A DNA stretch of 64,000 nucleotides from positions 3,966 through 67,965 of the forward strand of contig DYTO01000002.1 of assembly GCA_020725895.1 (NCBI GenBank). The letters are read 5' to 3'. This DNA comes from Candidatus Hadarchaeum sp. GTDB lineage: Archaea; Hadarchaeota; Hadarchaeia; Hadarchaeales; Hadarchaeaceae. Shown here one piece after another: positions 19,414 through 28,274 of the stretch. The notes under the pieces were generated by a model. It searched no databases, was not told the origin of the DNA, and was given only the letters and a program-made list of their open reading frames with translations. Numbering within the stretch: position 1 is the first letter of the stretch; every line of letters begins with the position of its first letter. Made by a program: the position numbers and the translations under genes.

Positions 19414-20543
19414 CAGACTTGCTCCAAACCCAAATCAATGTTCTGGATCTTGCGCTGGGGCTTCTCCGACGGCCCGACGGCGTACGGCGAGTGGACGCCC
19501 GACAGTATCACCATGACGCGGATTGTGTTCTTCATGTCCTCGGATATCTGGGCGCCCCACTTCACGTTTGCCTCCGGGTTTAGGGCCTCCGTGACCTTCG
19601 ACACAATCCTCCCGGCTTCCGTCAGCGTCAGGTCGGGGCTTCCTATGATGTTGACCAGGGCGCCTCTCGAGTCCGTGACGTCGACGTCAAGCAGCGGGTT
19701 GTTGAGCGCATCCTGCACGGCCTCGTCAGCCCTGTTTGGCGAGTCCGATTCTCCTATTCCGACCGCAGCGACGCCGCTGTTCTGCAGGACCGTTTTCACG
19801 TCCGCGAAGTCGCAGTTGACCAAGCCTGGCTTGGTTATCACTTCGGTCACTCCCTTGACCGCGTCTGTGAGGACGGTGTCCGCGAATTCGAACGCCGCGC
19901 CAAGCGGAAGGTCCGGGGCGAGTTGTATGAGCTTGTCATTCGGGATGACCACGACGCTGTCCGTGACGTTCTTCAACTTTTCGAGCCCCTGCTCCGCGTT
20001 CGTCTTCCTCCTGGCTCCCTCCACGGTGAAGGGAAGCGTCACAACACCCACCGTCAGGGCCCCGAGCTTCCTTGAGATCTCGGCGACTATTGGCGCCGCC
20101 CCCGTCCCAGTGCCACCGCCAAGCCCGCAAGTGATGAGTACCATGTCCGCGCCGTAGAGGTGGTCCTTGATCGTGGCGTCGTCCTCCCTTGCCGCCGCGT
20201 CACCCTTTTCCGGGTTGTTTCCGGCGCCAAGGCCACCGGTCACATCGCGGCCGATCAGGACTTTCCTGTCGCATGCCGTGTAAATGAGATCCTGAGCATC
20301 TGTGTTGACAGCTATCGTCTCCGCACCCTCGATTCCGACCTTCATCATCCTGGACAGCGTGTTGCATCCGGCCCCGCCGACTCCCACCACCATTATCCTG
20401 GCCTTTGCCTGGCGCAGGATCTGTTCGAGTTCCTCGTTTGTGGTGCCCTTGGGGGCCTCTGAAGATTTCGCCCTCTGCTTGGGCGACGCTATCCCGGGTT
20501 TTAACATGAACCCTGTTTTTGGACTGAAAGTTTCGTCTGGCAA
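19413..20543 (-). CDS. ftsZ: Cell division protein FtsZ
   Basis: VGVGGAGCN, GLGGGTGTG, NCDFADV. Confidence 0.97.
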   Translation of the reverse strand: MPDETFSPKTGFMLKPGIASPKQRAKSSEAPKGTTNEELEQILRQAKARIMVVGVGGAGCNTLSRMMKVGIEGAETIAVNTDAQDLIYTACDRKVLIGRDVTGGLGAGNNPEKGDAAAREDDATIKDHLYGADMVLITCGLGGGTGTGAAPIVAEISRKLGALTVGVVTLPFTVEGARRKTNAEQGLEKLKNVTDSVVVIPNDKLIQLAPDLPLGAAFEFADTVLTDAVKGVTEVITKPGLVNCDFADVKTVLQNSGVAAVGIGESDSPNRADEAVQDALNNPLLDVDVTDSRGALVNIIGSPDLTLTEAGRIVSKVTEALNPEANVKWGAQISEDMKNTIRVMVILSGVHSPYAVGPSEKPQRKIQNIDLGLEQV

Positions 20544-20586
20544 CCTAACACCTGCGTTTTGAGTTTACCAACCATTGATTTAAAGT

Positions 20587-21363
20587 TTATCCAAGGCCCC
20601 CGGCCCGGACCACCTCAAGCCCGAGCTTTTCCGAGATTATTTTGCACGTTTCCCTCTGGTCGGCGGTCGCCCCCTTCCTGTCGAGGAGCAGGACTTCCAC
20701 TTTCCCCGCCGTCCTCGCGATTGCTTTCTCAATGAGGGCCTCGTTCGTCGCCGCGTATTTGGGGATTATGTGGCCGGTGCCGATGTCTGTCTTCAGGACG
20801 ACTTCAGTGTGGAGTGGAGCGTAGTGGATCCCACCTATCGCCAGCGCCCGCCTGCAGTCGGTCCCGCCCTCGGCAGCGACCATTATCGCGCTCGCGGCAG
20901 CCTCGCCGGCCTTTCTGTCTTCCCACTGCTCGGGCAGGCTCCCGATCTCGACGAATGTCACGGGAACGTTGAAATGGGTCGGTCCGTGATGAGTGGCCTC
21001 GAGAGAGACCTGGTAATCTGGCGCGAACTCGTCTTGCAAAGCCGCAAGTTCCTTGAGGGCGGCTTTTATCGTCGGAGGCGATGAGATTGCAAGTTCGCCA
21101 TTGTCCAAGAATCCGGGGGCGTGGACAGTCAGAGACTGCCGCCCCGACTCGCTGGCGTGCCTCGACGCCACGATTATCTCCTCTGCTTTGGCGGGGAGCT
21201 CGAGAAGCTTCGTAGTTTCTCCCTCTATATTCAGGAGAGTGATGTCGCCCCTCGCGTAGGCGTTCTTCTGGGACGGGGATCTTTCGAATTCGTGGTTTTC
21301 AATGAGCCTTTCCGCGATGTTCCGCGCTGCGAGGTCCTTCATGGATGCCAAGATCAGCTTCAT
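20587..21363 (-). CDS. dtdA: D-aminoacyl-tRNA deacylase (DTD2)
   Basis: SRHAS, LTVH, EATHHGP, FVEIGS, GGIHY. Confidence 0.92.
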   Translation of the reverse strand: MKLILASMKDLAARNIAERLIENHEFERSPSQKNAYARGDITLLNIEGETTKLLELPAKAEEIIVASRHASESGRQSLTVHAPGFLDNGELAISSPPTIKAALKELAALQDEFAPDYQVSLEATHHGPTHFNVPVTFVEIGSLPEQWEDRKAGEAAASAIMVAAEGGTDCRRALAIGGIHYAPLHTEVVLKTDIGTGHIIPKYAATNEALIEKAIARTAGKVEVLLLDRKGATADQRETCKIISEKLGLEVVRAGGLG

Positions 21364-21471
21364 TGTTCCATTCCTTCAAATAGATTCCACCGCGTTTCGT
21401 ATAAAAACAGATTTGAAATAACACACAACAGAAAACGTTTATTAACCTCGCGCAAATCTTCCTTCGGTAGA

Positions 21472-21939
21472 ATGAAAGTCCTCATTCAGGGACTTGGCGA
21501 GGTTCCAGCCACCGTCGAGTACGCAATTGAAAAGGAGAAGGCGGACGTCTCGTATATCCTGTGCTCCAAATACCAGATGAACAATATCGCTTCGAGCGCC
21601 GGGTACAAGCAGCCGAGCCAGGTCGTGATCGAAAGTGTCGCGAAAAAGGTCGGCACGAAGATAGTCTGGAAGATTTGTGACATTTTTGATGTCAAGTCGA
21701 TAGAGAACGCGATCGCGGAGATTTTCAAGAAGGTCAAGCCGAAGGACGAGGTCGTCGTGAACTACACGGGCGGCGCGGCGAGCGTCAAGCTCCTGATGGG
21801 ACTGGGTGCCATGCTCGTCCAGACGAAGTCGCAAGTCAGGCTCGTCTACGCGCTCAGGTACAAGGCAGGGACAGAGGTCTACCTCGATCAGACGGAGGAC
21901 CTGAAGGACATTTTCAAGAGGCTGCGCAAGATCAAGTGA
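21472..21939 (+). CDS. Stand-alone CARF-domain protein (155 aa)
   Basis: Rossmann-like MKVLIQGLG..P, ILCS, VVVNYTGG motifs. Confidence 0.6.
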   Translation: MKVLIQGLGEVPATVEYAIEKEKADVSYILCSKYQMNNIASSAGYKQPSQVVIESVAKKVGTKIVWKICDIFDVKSIENAIAEIFKKVKPKDEVVVNYTGGAASVKLLMGLGAMLVQTKSQVRLVYALRYKAGTEVYLDQTEDLKDIFKRLRKIK

Positions 21940-21946
21940 ATTTCAG

Positions 21947-22043
21947 TGGTGGGCCCGAAGGGATTCGAACCCTTGACCACCCGGTTATGAGCTTCGTCCG
22001 GTTTTCGCCGTCGGACGCTCTAACCTAGCTGAGCTACGGGCCC
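21947..22043 (-). tRNA. tRNA(CAU), probably Ile2, with a 19-nt BHB intron at 30/31 (21993-22011)
   Basis: GGGCCCG acceptor; CGTC CG^A CGG-CGAAAA-CCG GACG AA^G; spliced TCCGG CT CAT AA CCGGG; encoded CCA. Confidence 0.9.
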
Positions 22044-22774
22044 TATCGGTTCTATGTTGCCTGCTCTAAAATACGTTTTTGAACGGGTGTAATACCATTT
22101 GTAAAGCTTACCGTTCGATTTTTTTACGTTGGCCTTCAGTGGCGAAAATTCAACGCCCAGAAATTTACGGCTCAATACAATTACTTGGTTGAGAAAACGT
22201 CTATCTTTCTGGACTATTGTTACACACGATCCAGCAACATGTCCATCAGAATCTATTAGGCCGCGCAAGAACTGTTCGAAAAAATCTCGTTTCCACACTA
22301 CTAAAGGAACTTTGAGTTTGCCATATTTGAGATCTATTGGGACGCCCAAACTGACAAAATACGCGTAAATAACTACGCTATCTACTCTCAACTCTAGCCA
22401 ACTTTTATGTTCACGCTCTTGATTATCTTTGGAAAATACAAAAAATTCTTCGCAAAAATGCTCGAAATATGTTTGGCTTGCGCTTTACCCTCAGTTGAGT
22501 TTGGTGCGTAGATTGAGAGCGTATATCTGGCACCGCCACATTTTCTTGGCTGCGGCGTTTTCAAACATCCGTCTCCACAAAGAACACCTAACAAATATGC
22601 AATGTCTCGCGTAACAGAAGGGACGGATATTTTGTTTTTTGATCTTTTAACGACGAATTTGTTATAATCGTCAAGTCTATACTCGATATTCCATTCATTA
22701 AGTAAGTTTATCACATCGTTTTGGTGTTGACTTTGCATATTACCAAGATGAGTTTTTACGTTGGGTTTAAGCAA
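22020..22774 (-). pseudogene. Free-standing LAGLIDADG endonuclease HE2, frameshifted (22394-22774 plus 22020-22391); 3' end runs into the tRNA
   Basis: IAYLLGVLCGDG in first frame, FLRGLIDSDG in second; the frames overlap near 22400-22450; AT-rich. Confidence 0.8.
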
Positions 22775-22846
22775 GTTTCAGGGAGGAGTCACCGAAAGTA
22801 TTCTTAAAAGCCGCGGGTGACGATTAGATTTGGTGGAAATTTGCAT

Positions 22847-23827
22847 GTGAAAATTCTCACTCACGGCGACGCCGACGGCATCTGTTCCGCGGCAATCGCG
22901 AAATCCAGGTTCCCGGAAGCGGACATCTGGTTCACGAGGCCCGTCAACCTCCTGCGTGACCTGAACGAGATAGAGATCGGCACGATGGTCCTGATCTGCG
23001 ACATCGCGATAAGCGAGTCCCACAAGGACAATATTTTCAAGAGGATCAGGGAACTCGCCCAGAAGGACGAGGTCGTCTACATCGACCACCACCCGCTCCC
23101 AGACCACACTCTGAAGAAGGACATTCCGGCCACGCAGATTGCGATCGAGAGCGGCGTCAGCTCATCCGAGTTGACTTTCAGGCTTCTCATCAGGGACGCA
23201 AAGTCCGACCTCGACAGGGTCGCCCTCTGGGGCGCGATAGCAGACTACTGCGAGAACACCGACTTCGTCCACGTGGGGATGGACAAGTACGACAGGAGGA
23301 CGATATACCTCGAGGCGGGGCTTCTCAGCCAGGCGCTTGGCGAGGCGGCCGGCGACTACAACTACAAGCGGGACGTCGTGGTCGCGCTTGCGAAGTGCAT
23401 CCCGCCTAGCGAGATCCCTGAAATCGTCGATAACGCGCTGAAGGCGACGAAGCGCGAGTGGGAGGTCTACTCATATGTGAAGTCGCACGTGAAGATGGAT
23501 GGCAACCTAGCGATAATGTACGACCTGCCTTCGGGCAGCCTCGGGAAGGCGGCGCTCTACGCGATGGGGATAACCGGCGCGGACATCGGGATATGCACGC
23601 GCAGGGACGAGGACGAGATCGACGTCAGCATAAGGCGCAAGGCCGACATCCGCGTCGACCTCAACGACATGCTCAGGCACATCACGGCGAGGATAGGCGG
23701 CTCGGGAGGAGGCCACGTCGGTGCGGCGGGCGCGACGATCCCGGCGGCGATTTTCGAGAATTTCATAGACATGGTGAAGAAGGAAGTCTCGCCGATTTTC
23801 TTGAGGAGACCCGATGAAAGGGCCTAG
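22847..23827 (+). CDS. DHH/DHHA1 phosphoesterase (RecJ-like)
   Basis: HGDADG, CDIA, IDHH, GGGH..AAG. Confidence 0.9.
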   Translation: MKILTHGDADGICSAAIAKSRFPEADIWFTRPVNLLRDLNEIEIGTMVLICDIAISESHKDNIFKRIRELAQKDEVVYIDHHPLPDHTLKKDIPATQIAIESGVSSSELTFRLLIRDAKSDLDRVALWGAIADYCENTDFVHVGMDKYDRRTIYLEAGLLSQALGEAAGDYNYKRDVVVALAKCIPPSEIPEIVDNALKATKREWEVYSYVKSHVKMDGNLAIMYDLPSGSLGKAALYAMGITGADIGICTRRDEDEIDVSIRRKADIRVDLNDMLRHITARIGGSGGGHVGAAGATIPAAIFENFIDMVKKEVSPIFLRRPDERA

Positions 23828-24813
23828 CTCAGCAGGTCTATCTTCATCCCGACTTTCATTTTGATTGCTTTCTTGTAGACGACCCAGTCTGTGGCGATGT
23901 CCTGCACTGCGAGCCCCGTGGAATCAAAGACCGTCACCTCGTTCTTCGAAGTTCGACCGGATTTCTTGCCGGTGACGATTTCCCCGAGGTCGCAGTATAT
24001 GTCTGCGCGCGCGATCTCCCCCTGCGCGAGCGGGACGTTGACCTCGCCGCTGTGTATCGCCTGCTGGATGTCGTCGACAACGACCTTGGCGCGCTGCAGG
24101 ATCTTTGGGTCGAGCTCCTGCTTTCCCGGTGCGTCCGCTCCGATCGCGTTTATGTGCGTGCCCTTCGAGATCCATTCGTCCATCACGAGCGGTTTCCTGG
24201 AAGGCGTTGTCGTCACGACTATGTCGGCGCCGTTCACGGTTTTTTCCGTGCTGTCGTAAACGTCGATCTTGACGCCGATCTCCTTCCCCATCTCCTTCGC
24301 GTACCGTTCGGCGTTTTTTCTTGAAATGTCTTCGACTCGGATTTCCTCCGCTTCGAAGAGGCTCTTGATAGCGATGAGCTGGGTCCTCGCCTGGATGCCC
24401 GCGCCGACGAACGCCAGGATTTTGGAGTTCTTCCTCGCGAGGTACTTCGCGGCGACGGCCCCGGCGGCGCCCGTGCGGAAGTTCGTGATCGCTGTGCCGT
24501 CCATTATCGCCAGCGGCATCCCCGTTTTAGGGTCGAGCAGGATTATCGTGGCCATTACTGTGGGCAGCCCGAATTTTTTCGGGTTGTTTGGGTGGGCGTT
24601 CACTATCTTCACTCCCGCCGCGTCCAGATTCTCGAGGTAGGCCGGCATCACGCGGAAGTCGCCGTGGTACTTTTCGAAGAAGACGTATGATTTCGGTGGC
24701 ATCTGCGTCTTGCCAAACCCCTTGGCGCGGAAGGCCTCCTCCACCGCGTGAATCGCCTCCTTCATGGACAGGAGGTTTTCTACTTCTCTCCTGCGCAGGA
24801 ACAGAACCTTCAA
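23824..24813 (-). CDS. Alanine dehydrogenase (ornithine cyclodeaminase/mu-crystallin family)
   Basis: GDFRVMPAY, RTGAAGA, GAGIQA, FDSTGLAVQD. Confidence 0.88.
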   Translation of the reverse strand: MKVLFLRRREVENLLSMKEAIHAVEEAFRAKGFGKTQMPPKSYVFFEKYHGDFRVMPAYLENLDAAGVKIVNAHPNNPKKFGLPTVMATIILLDPKTGMPLAIMDGTAITNFRTGAAGAVAAKYLARKNSKILAFVGAGIQARTQLIAIKSLFEAEEIRVEDISRKNAERYAKEMGKEIGVKIDVYDSTEKTVNGADIVVTTTPSRKPLVMDEWISKGTHINAIGADAPGKQELDPKILQRAKVVVDDIQQAIHSGEVNVPLAQGEIARADIYCDLGEIVTGKKSGRTSKNEVTVFDSTGLAVQDIATDWVVYKKAIKMKVGMKIDLLS

Positions 24814-24869
24814 CCCACCACCATGATTACTTTGTTTTGCGTCGGTTTATGTTTTTCCTTTCAAAAAAA

Positions 24870-25024
24870 TGGCGCCGGGGAGAGGACTCGAACCTCTGAC
24901 CTCCTGGTCGCTGCTCACAAGCGCGTCGTACCTTCTGTTGAGGTTCGTTCATCATCCGCGCTTGGTTTTAACAGCCAGGCACGCTACCTACTGCGCCATC
25001 GAGCCGCTTTCGCGGTACCCCGGC
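24870..25024 (-). tRNA. tRNA-Asn(GUU) with two BHB introns: 8/9 (24998-25016, 19 nt) and 37/38 (24909-24968, 60 nt)
   Basis: Spliced GCCGGGG TG GCGC AGTAGGTA GCGT G CCTGG CT GTT AA CCAGG AGGTC AGAGG TTCGAGT CCTCT CCCCGGC G CCA. Confidence 0.9.
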
Positions 25025-25104
25025 GCATCCGGCGCCAAAGGATAATCCAATCTTTTCCATATAAGGCATTTCGGCAAACGAGGTCGCCGGCGCGAAAATT
25101 GTGG

Positions 25105-25203
25105 TGGTGCGGGCCCGCTGGGATTTGAACCCGGATTTCTCCCTGTCTGCCATTGACAGGGTTAGCGGGGGAGTAGACTATACTGGTTGTCTTACGGGCC
25201 CAC
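25105..25203 (-). ncRNA. Atypical tRNA-like RNA (Arg-like scaffold, apparent GCU anticodon, possible 18-nt intron 25145-25162)
   Basis: Acceptor GGGCCCG/CGGGCCC (extendable to 9 bp), D stem AGAC/GTCT, AC stem CTCCC/GGGAG, TTCAAAT T loop; lacks D-loop GG and U33. Confidence 0.5.
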
Positions 25204-25364
25204 CTCGCTGAAAATTTTTTAGGCGAGCTTAACAGAAGTTTACTCAGCGGGGGAGTAGACCGTCCCGTGGGTTGTCATACGGGATTTTTTATTTCATTCG
25301 ATCTAGTGTTCACGATATTTCTCGCCGCTCATTTGCGCGGAGGCCGCTTATAAATAGAGAAAAA

Positions 25365-26120
25365 TCACTTTTTCAGCGCGTCTAGCCCTCTGAGCATTCT
25401 CTCAAAAGAAGTTTGGAGATTTTTTTCGTTATCGAACTTTGCCAACTTTTTCAGATTCGCCCGCTCGACAAAAGATAATTTTTTGGCAGTTTTGACCATC
25501 AAAAGCAAGGCGCGCGAGATGTTGTCGACGATTGTGATGTCGGCCGCTCGCGCGGTCCTCGACATCGGGTTCAAGTCTATCGCGATGACAAGCTTGCCCG
25601 ACTTCTTGAGCGCCTCCGTCCTGTCGCCGTCTTCGAGCGGCACGAGAACCACGTCTGCTTTAGCGATCCCGCGGCTGTCGACCTTCCGCCTGTCGCTTTG
25701 GATCTCTTTTATCCTCACAGAAAATTTCTTTTCAGCGCCGAGGACCTCCCGCGCCCCGTGCTTTTTCAACCATCGGGATATCCTCTTCTCCCTCGCGCTC
25801 GAGCCGTGGAACAGATTTACTTCCAGCTTCGAATTAGTTATTTTGCAAAGTTCGACGACCTCTCCAGGGACGAGCGCCGCGACGTTCCCGTTCACCGATA
25901 TCACGGGGTTCTTCGCGAGCAAGAGCGACGCCACCGCAGCATCGATTGCCTCCTTGGCGGCAGCGCTCGTTTTCTCCCCCAGCAGGTAGTCGAAAGCCTC
26001 ACCTCTTCCGTGCGCAGCCAGCCCCTCGGGGATTACCAGCCCCGTCTTGAAACCCTCGGAAATCCTCTCCCTCAGACGAAGGGACTCCGCCCTGGGGTGC
26101 TTTTGTGATATTTCACTCAT
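25365..26120 (-). CDS. Phosphopantothenate synthetase (archaeal PPS)
   Basis: HPRAESL, AHGRGEAFDYL, VNGN, LEDGDR, IDLNP. Confidence 0.92.
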   Translation of the reverse strand: MSEISQKHPRAESLRLRERISEGFKTGLVIPEGLAAHGRGEAFDYLLGEKTSAAAKEAIDAAVASLLLAKNPVISVNGNVAALVPGEVVELCKITNSKLEVNLFHGSSAREKRISRWLKKHGAREVLGAEKKFSVRIKEIQSDRRKVDSRGIAKADVVLVPLEDGDRTEALKKSGKLVIAIDLNPMSRTARAADITIVDNISRALLLMVKTAKKLSFVERANLKKLAKFDNEKNLQTSFERMLRGLDALKK

Positions 26121-26186
26121 CGTAGAACCGATTTCCCCCCAACCCAAAAGCTTTTTCATACCAATCTGTTTTTTTATCTGGTAGGA

Positions 26187-26840
26187 ATGAGCGATAAAGA
26201 CATCATCTGGCCTATCATGGCCTTGGCAGCGGCGGTAGTTGCTCTAGGGGTATCCATCTATTCCAGCCCCTTGGTCATGGGAGTTGCGATACCTACTCTT
26301 CTGGTGTCAATAGCCGTCGTGCGCCAGTACCTCGAAAGGATAAAGATACGGGAGGAGGACATCCCCCTCGAGGATTTCTCATGGTGGGCCGACGTGGGCG
26401 AGCCAGCGGGGACCCTATTGAGCCTGAAGCCCGGTGAAGAGGTGATGGCCACCCAAGTGGTCGCCAGCGATTTCAAGAACCTATCGAGGAACGCCGACCT
26501 TCTAAGCAGCAGACTTAGGCTTCTTGTCGGGCGGAGGGAGTTCATAAACTTCAGCCCGGATTTCACCAACGACTCTTGGAAGGTCGCGCATTCGCTCGCC
26601 GATCTTGCGAGATCGATCGAGACGAGTGGAATGATAGAGTCGGAGCTTTACAAGACCATAGAGCAGCACGCGGCGCGCTTCGACAGGATGGCGAACAAGC
26701 TTTTCGAGTACGAGAAGGACAAGTCGGAGACCATTCACATATACATAGACCCGCTACGCAGGGCATCCGAGAAACTCTCCCGCGATCTGAGGAAAGCGGC
26801 TTCGAACCTCTACAAATTCGAGAAGCGGAAATCTCCGTGA
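26187..26840 (+). CDS. Hypothetical membrane protein (two N-terminal TM segments)
   Basis: 217-aa ORF with hydrophobic N-terminus, directly upstream of the EF-1alpha paralog. Confidence 0.7.
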   Translation: MSDKDIIWPIMALAAAVVALGVSIYSSPLVMGVAIPTLLVSIAVVRQYLERIKIREEDIPLEDFSWWADVGEPAGTLLSLKPGEEVMATQVVASDFKNLSRNADLLSSRLRLLVGRREFINFSPDFTNDSWKVAHSLADLARSIETSGMIESELYKTIEQHAARFDRMANKLFEYEKDKSETIHIYIDPLRRASEKLSRDLRKAASNLYKFEKRKSP

Positions 26841-26846
26841 TGGTTC

Positions 26847-28115
26847 ATGCCAAAGCCGCACGTCAACCTAGTTTTCATAGGGCACGTTGACCACGGCAAG
26901 TCCACGCTTGTGGGCAGGATACTCGTCGAGATGGGGATGGTCAGGGAGGAGGACATCCGCAAGTTCGAGGCGATGGGAGACAAGGGGAAGACGTTCAAGT
27001 TCGCGTGGGTCATGGACCGCGAGAAGGAGGAGCGTGAGAGGGGGCTCACGATCGACATCGCATACCAGAAGCTCGAGACCCAGAAGAACTTCATAACTAT
27101 CATCGACGCGCCGGGGCACCGCGACTTCGTCAAGAACATGATCACAGGCGCTAGCCAGGCGGACGCCGCGGTCCTTGTCGTGGCGGCCGACGACGGCATA
27201 ATGCCGCAGACCCGCGAGCATGCGGCGTTGTCGTTCACTCTTGGAGTTGATCAGTTGATCATCGCGATCAACAAGATGGACACCGTCGACTTCAAGCAGG
27301 ATGTTTACAACAAGATAAAGGGTGAACTCTCTGCCCTCCTGACTGGGATAGGATACAGAAATGTTGAAAAGTTCCCGTTCGTCCCGATTTCCGCTTTTCA
27401 CGGAGTGAACATCTCGAAGACTAGCACGAATCTGCAATGGTACAAGGGCCTGACTTTGATTCAGGCGATGGAAGGCCTGATGGAGCCGGAGAAACCGATC
27501 AACAAGCCACTCAGGATTCCGATACAGGATATTTTTTCCGTGACCGGGATCGGCACGGTCCCGATAGGCCGCGTCGAAACTGGTGTTGTGAAAGTTGGTG
27601 ACACCCTGATTTTCGAGCCAGCCGGGGTGAAAGGCGAGGTGAAGTCGATAGAGATGCACCACGAGCAAATTCAGAAGGCGGTCCCCGGCGACAACATAGG
27701 TTTCAACGTGAGGGGAGTGAACCGAGAACAGCTGAGGAGAGGGGACGTCGCGGGACACGCGGACAAGCCCCCGAACGTAGCGACCGAGTTCACGGCCAAG
27801 ATAGTCGTGCTGGCGACGCCGACTGATATAACCGCCGGTTTCACGCCTCTTTTTCACTGCCATGCGGCTCACGAGCCCGGGAAGATTTTGGAAATAGTAC
27901 AGAAGATCGACCCGAAGACAGGAGGCGTCACGGAGGAAAAGCCGAGCAGCCTCAAGAAGGGTGACGCCGGGGTCATCAGGGTTTCCTTGCTGAAACCAAT
28001 GGTCCTGGAGAAGGCGAGTGATGTTTCTGAGCTCAGCAGATTCGCGGTGAGGCACGGTGGACAGACGGTCGCAGCCGGGATTTGTGTCGACACAGTTTCG
28101 CTGAAGCGCAGTTAA
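26847..28115 (+). CDS. Second, divergent elongation factor 1-alpha paralog
   Basis: [24 protein letters not shown]; 422 aa; domain III diverged from the str-operon copy. Confidence 0.92.
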   Translation: MPKPHVNLVFIGHVDHGKSTLVGRILVEMGMVREEDIRKFEAMGDKGKTFKFAWVMDREKEERERGLTIDIAYQKLETQKNFITIIDAPGHRDFVKNMITGASQADAAVLVVAADDGIMPQTREHAALSFTLGVDQLIIAINKMDTVDFKQDVYNKIKGELSALLTGIGYRNVEKFPFVPISAFHGVNISKTSTNLQWYKGLTLIQAMEGLMEPEKPINKPLRIPIQDIFSVTGIGTVPIGRVETGVVKVGDTLIFEPAGVKGEVKSIEMHHEQIQKAVPGDNIGFNVRGVNREQLRRGDVAGHADKPPNVATEFTAKIVVLATPTDITAGFTPLFHCHAAHEPGKILEIVQKIDPKTGGVTEEKPSSLKKGDAGVIRVSLLKPMVLEKASDVSELSRFAVRHGGQTVAAGICVDTVSLKRS

Positions 28116-28124
28116 AAAAATCGA

Positions 28125-28271
28125 TTATGCTTTCGGCTCTTTTGATTTTGGCCTGAGTCCATGGTACCCGCATTTCCTGCACTTCTCTGCACGCCAAGGA
28201 TTCTTGGCGTTGCACCTCATGCAGACCTTCAGATGGAAGAGCCTCTGTTCGGCGACATCAAACTTTGCCAT
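28125..28271 (-). CDS. rpl40e: Ribosomal protein L40e (48 aa)
   Basis: Manual translation [48 protein letters not shown]. Confidence 0.95.
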   Translation of the reverse strand: MAKFDVAEQRLFHLKVCMRCNAKNPWRAEKCRKCGYHGLRPKSKEPKA

Positions 28272-28274
28272 CGA

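Noticed and set aside
22438..22450. Programmed -1 frameshift at a T-run in HE2
   Set aside because: The first frame continues plausibly (FLYFPKIIK) past the run and no stimulatory structure is evident; simple decay is more parsimonious
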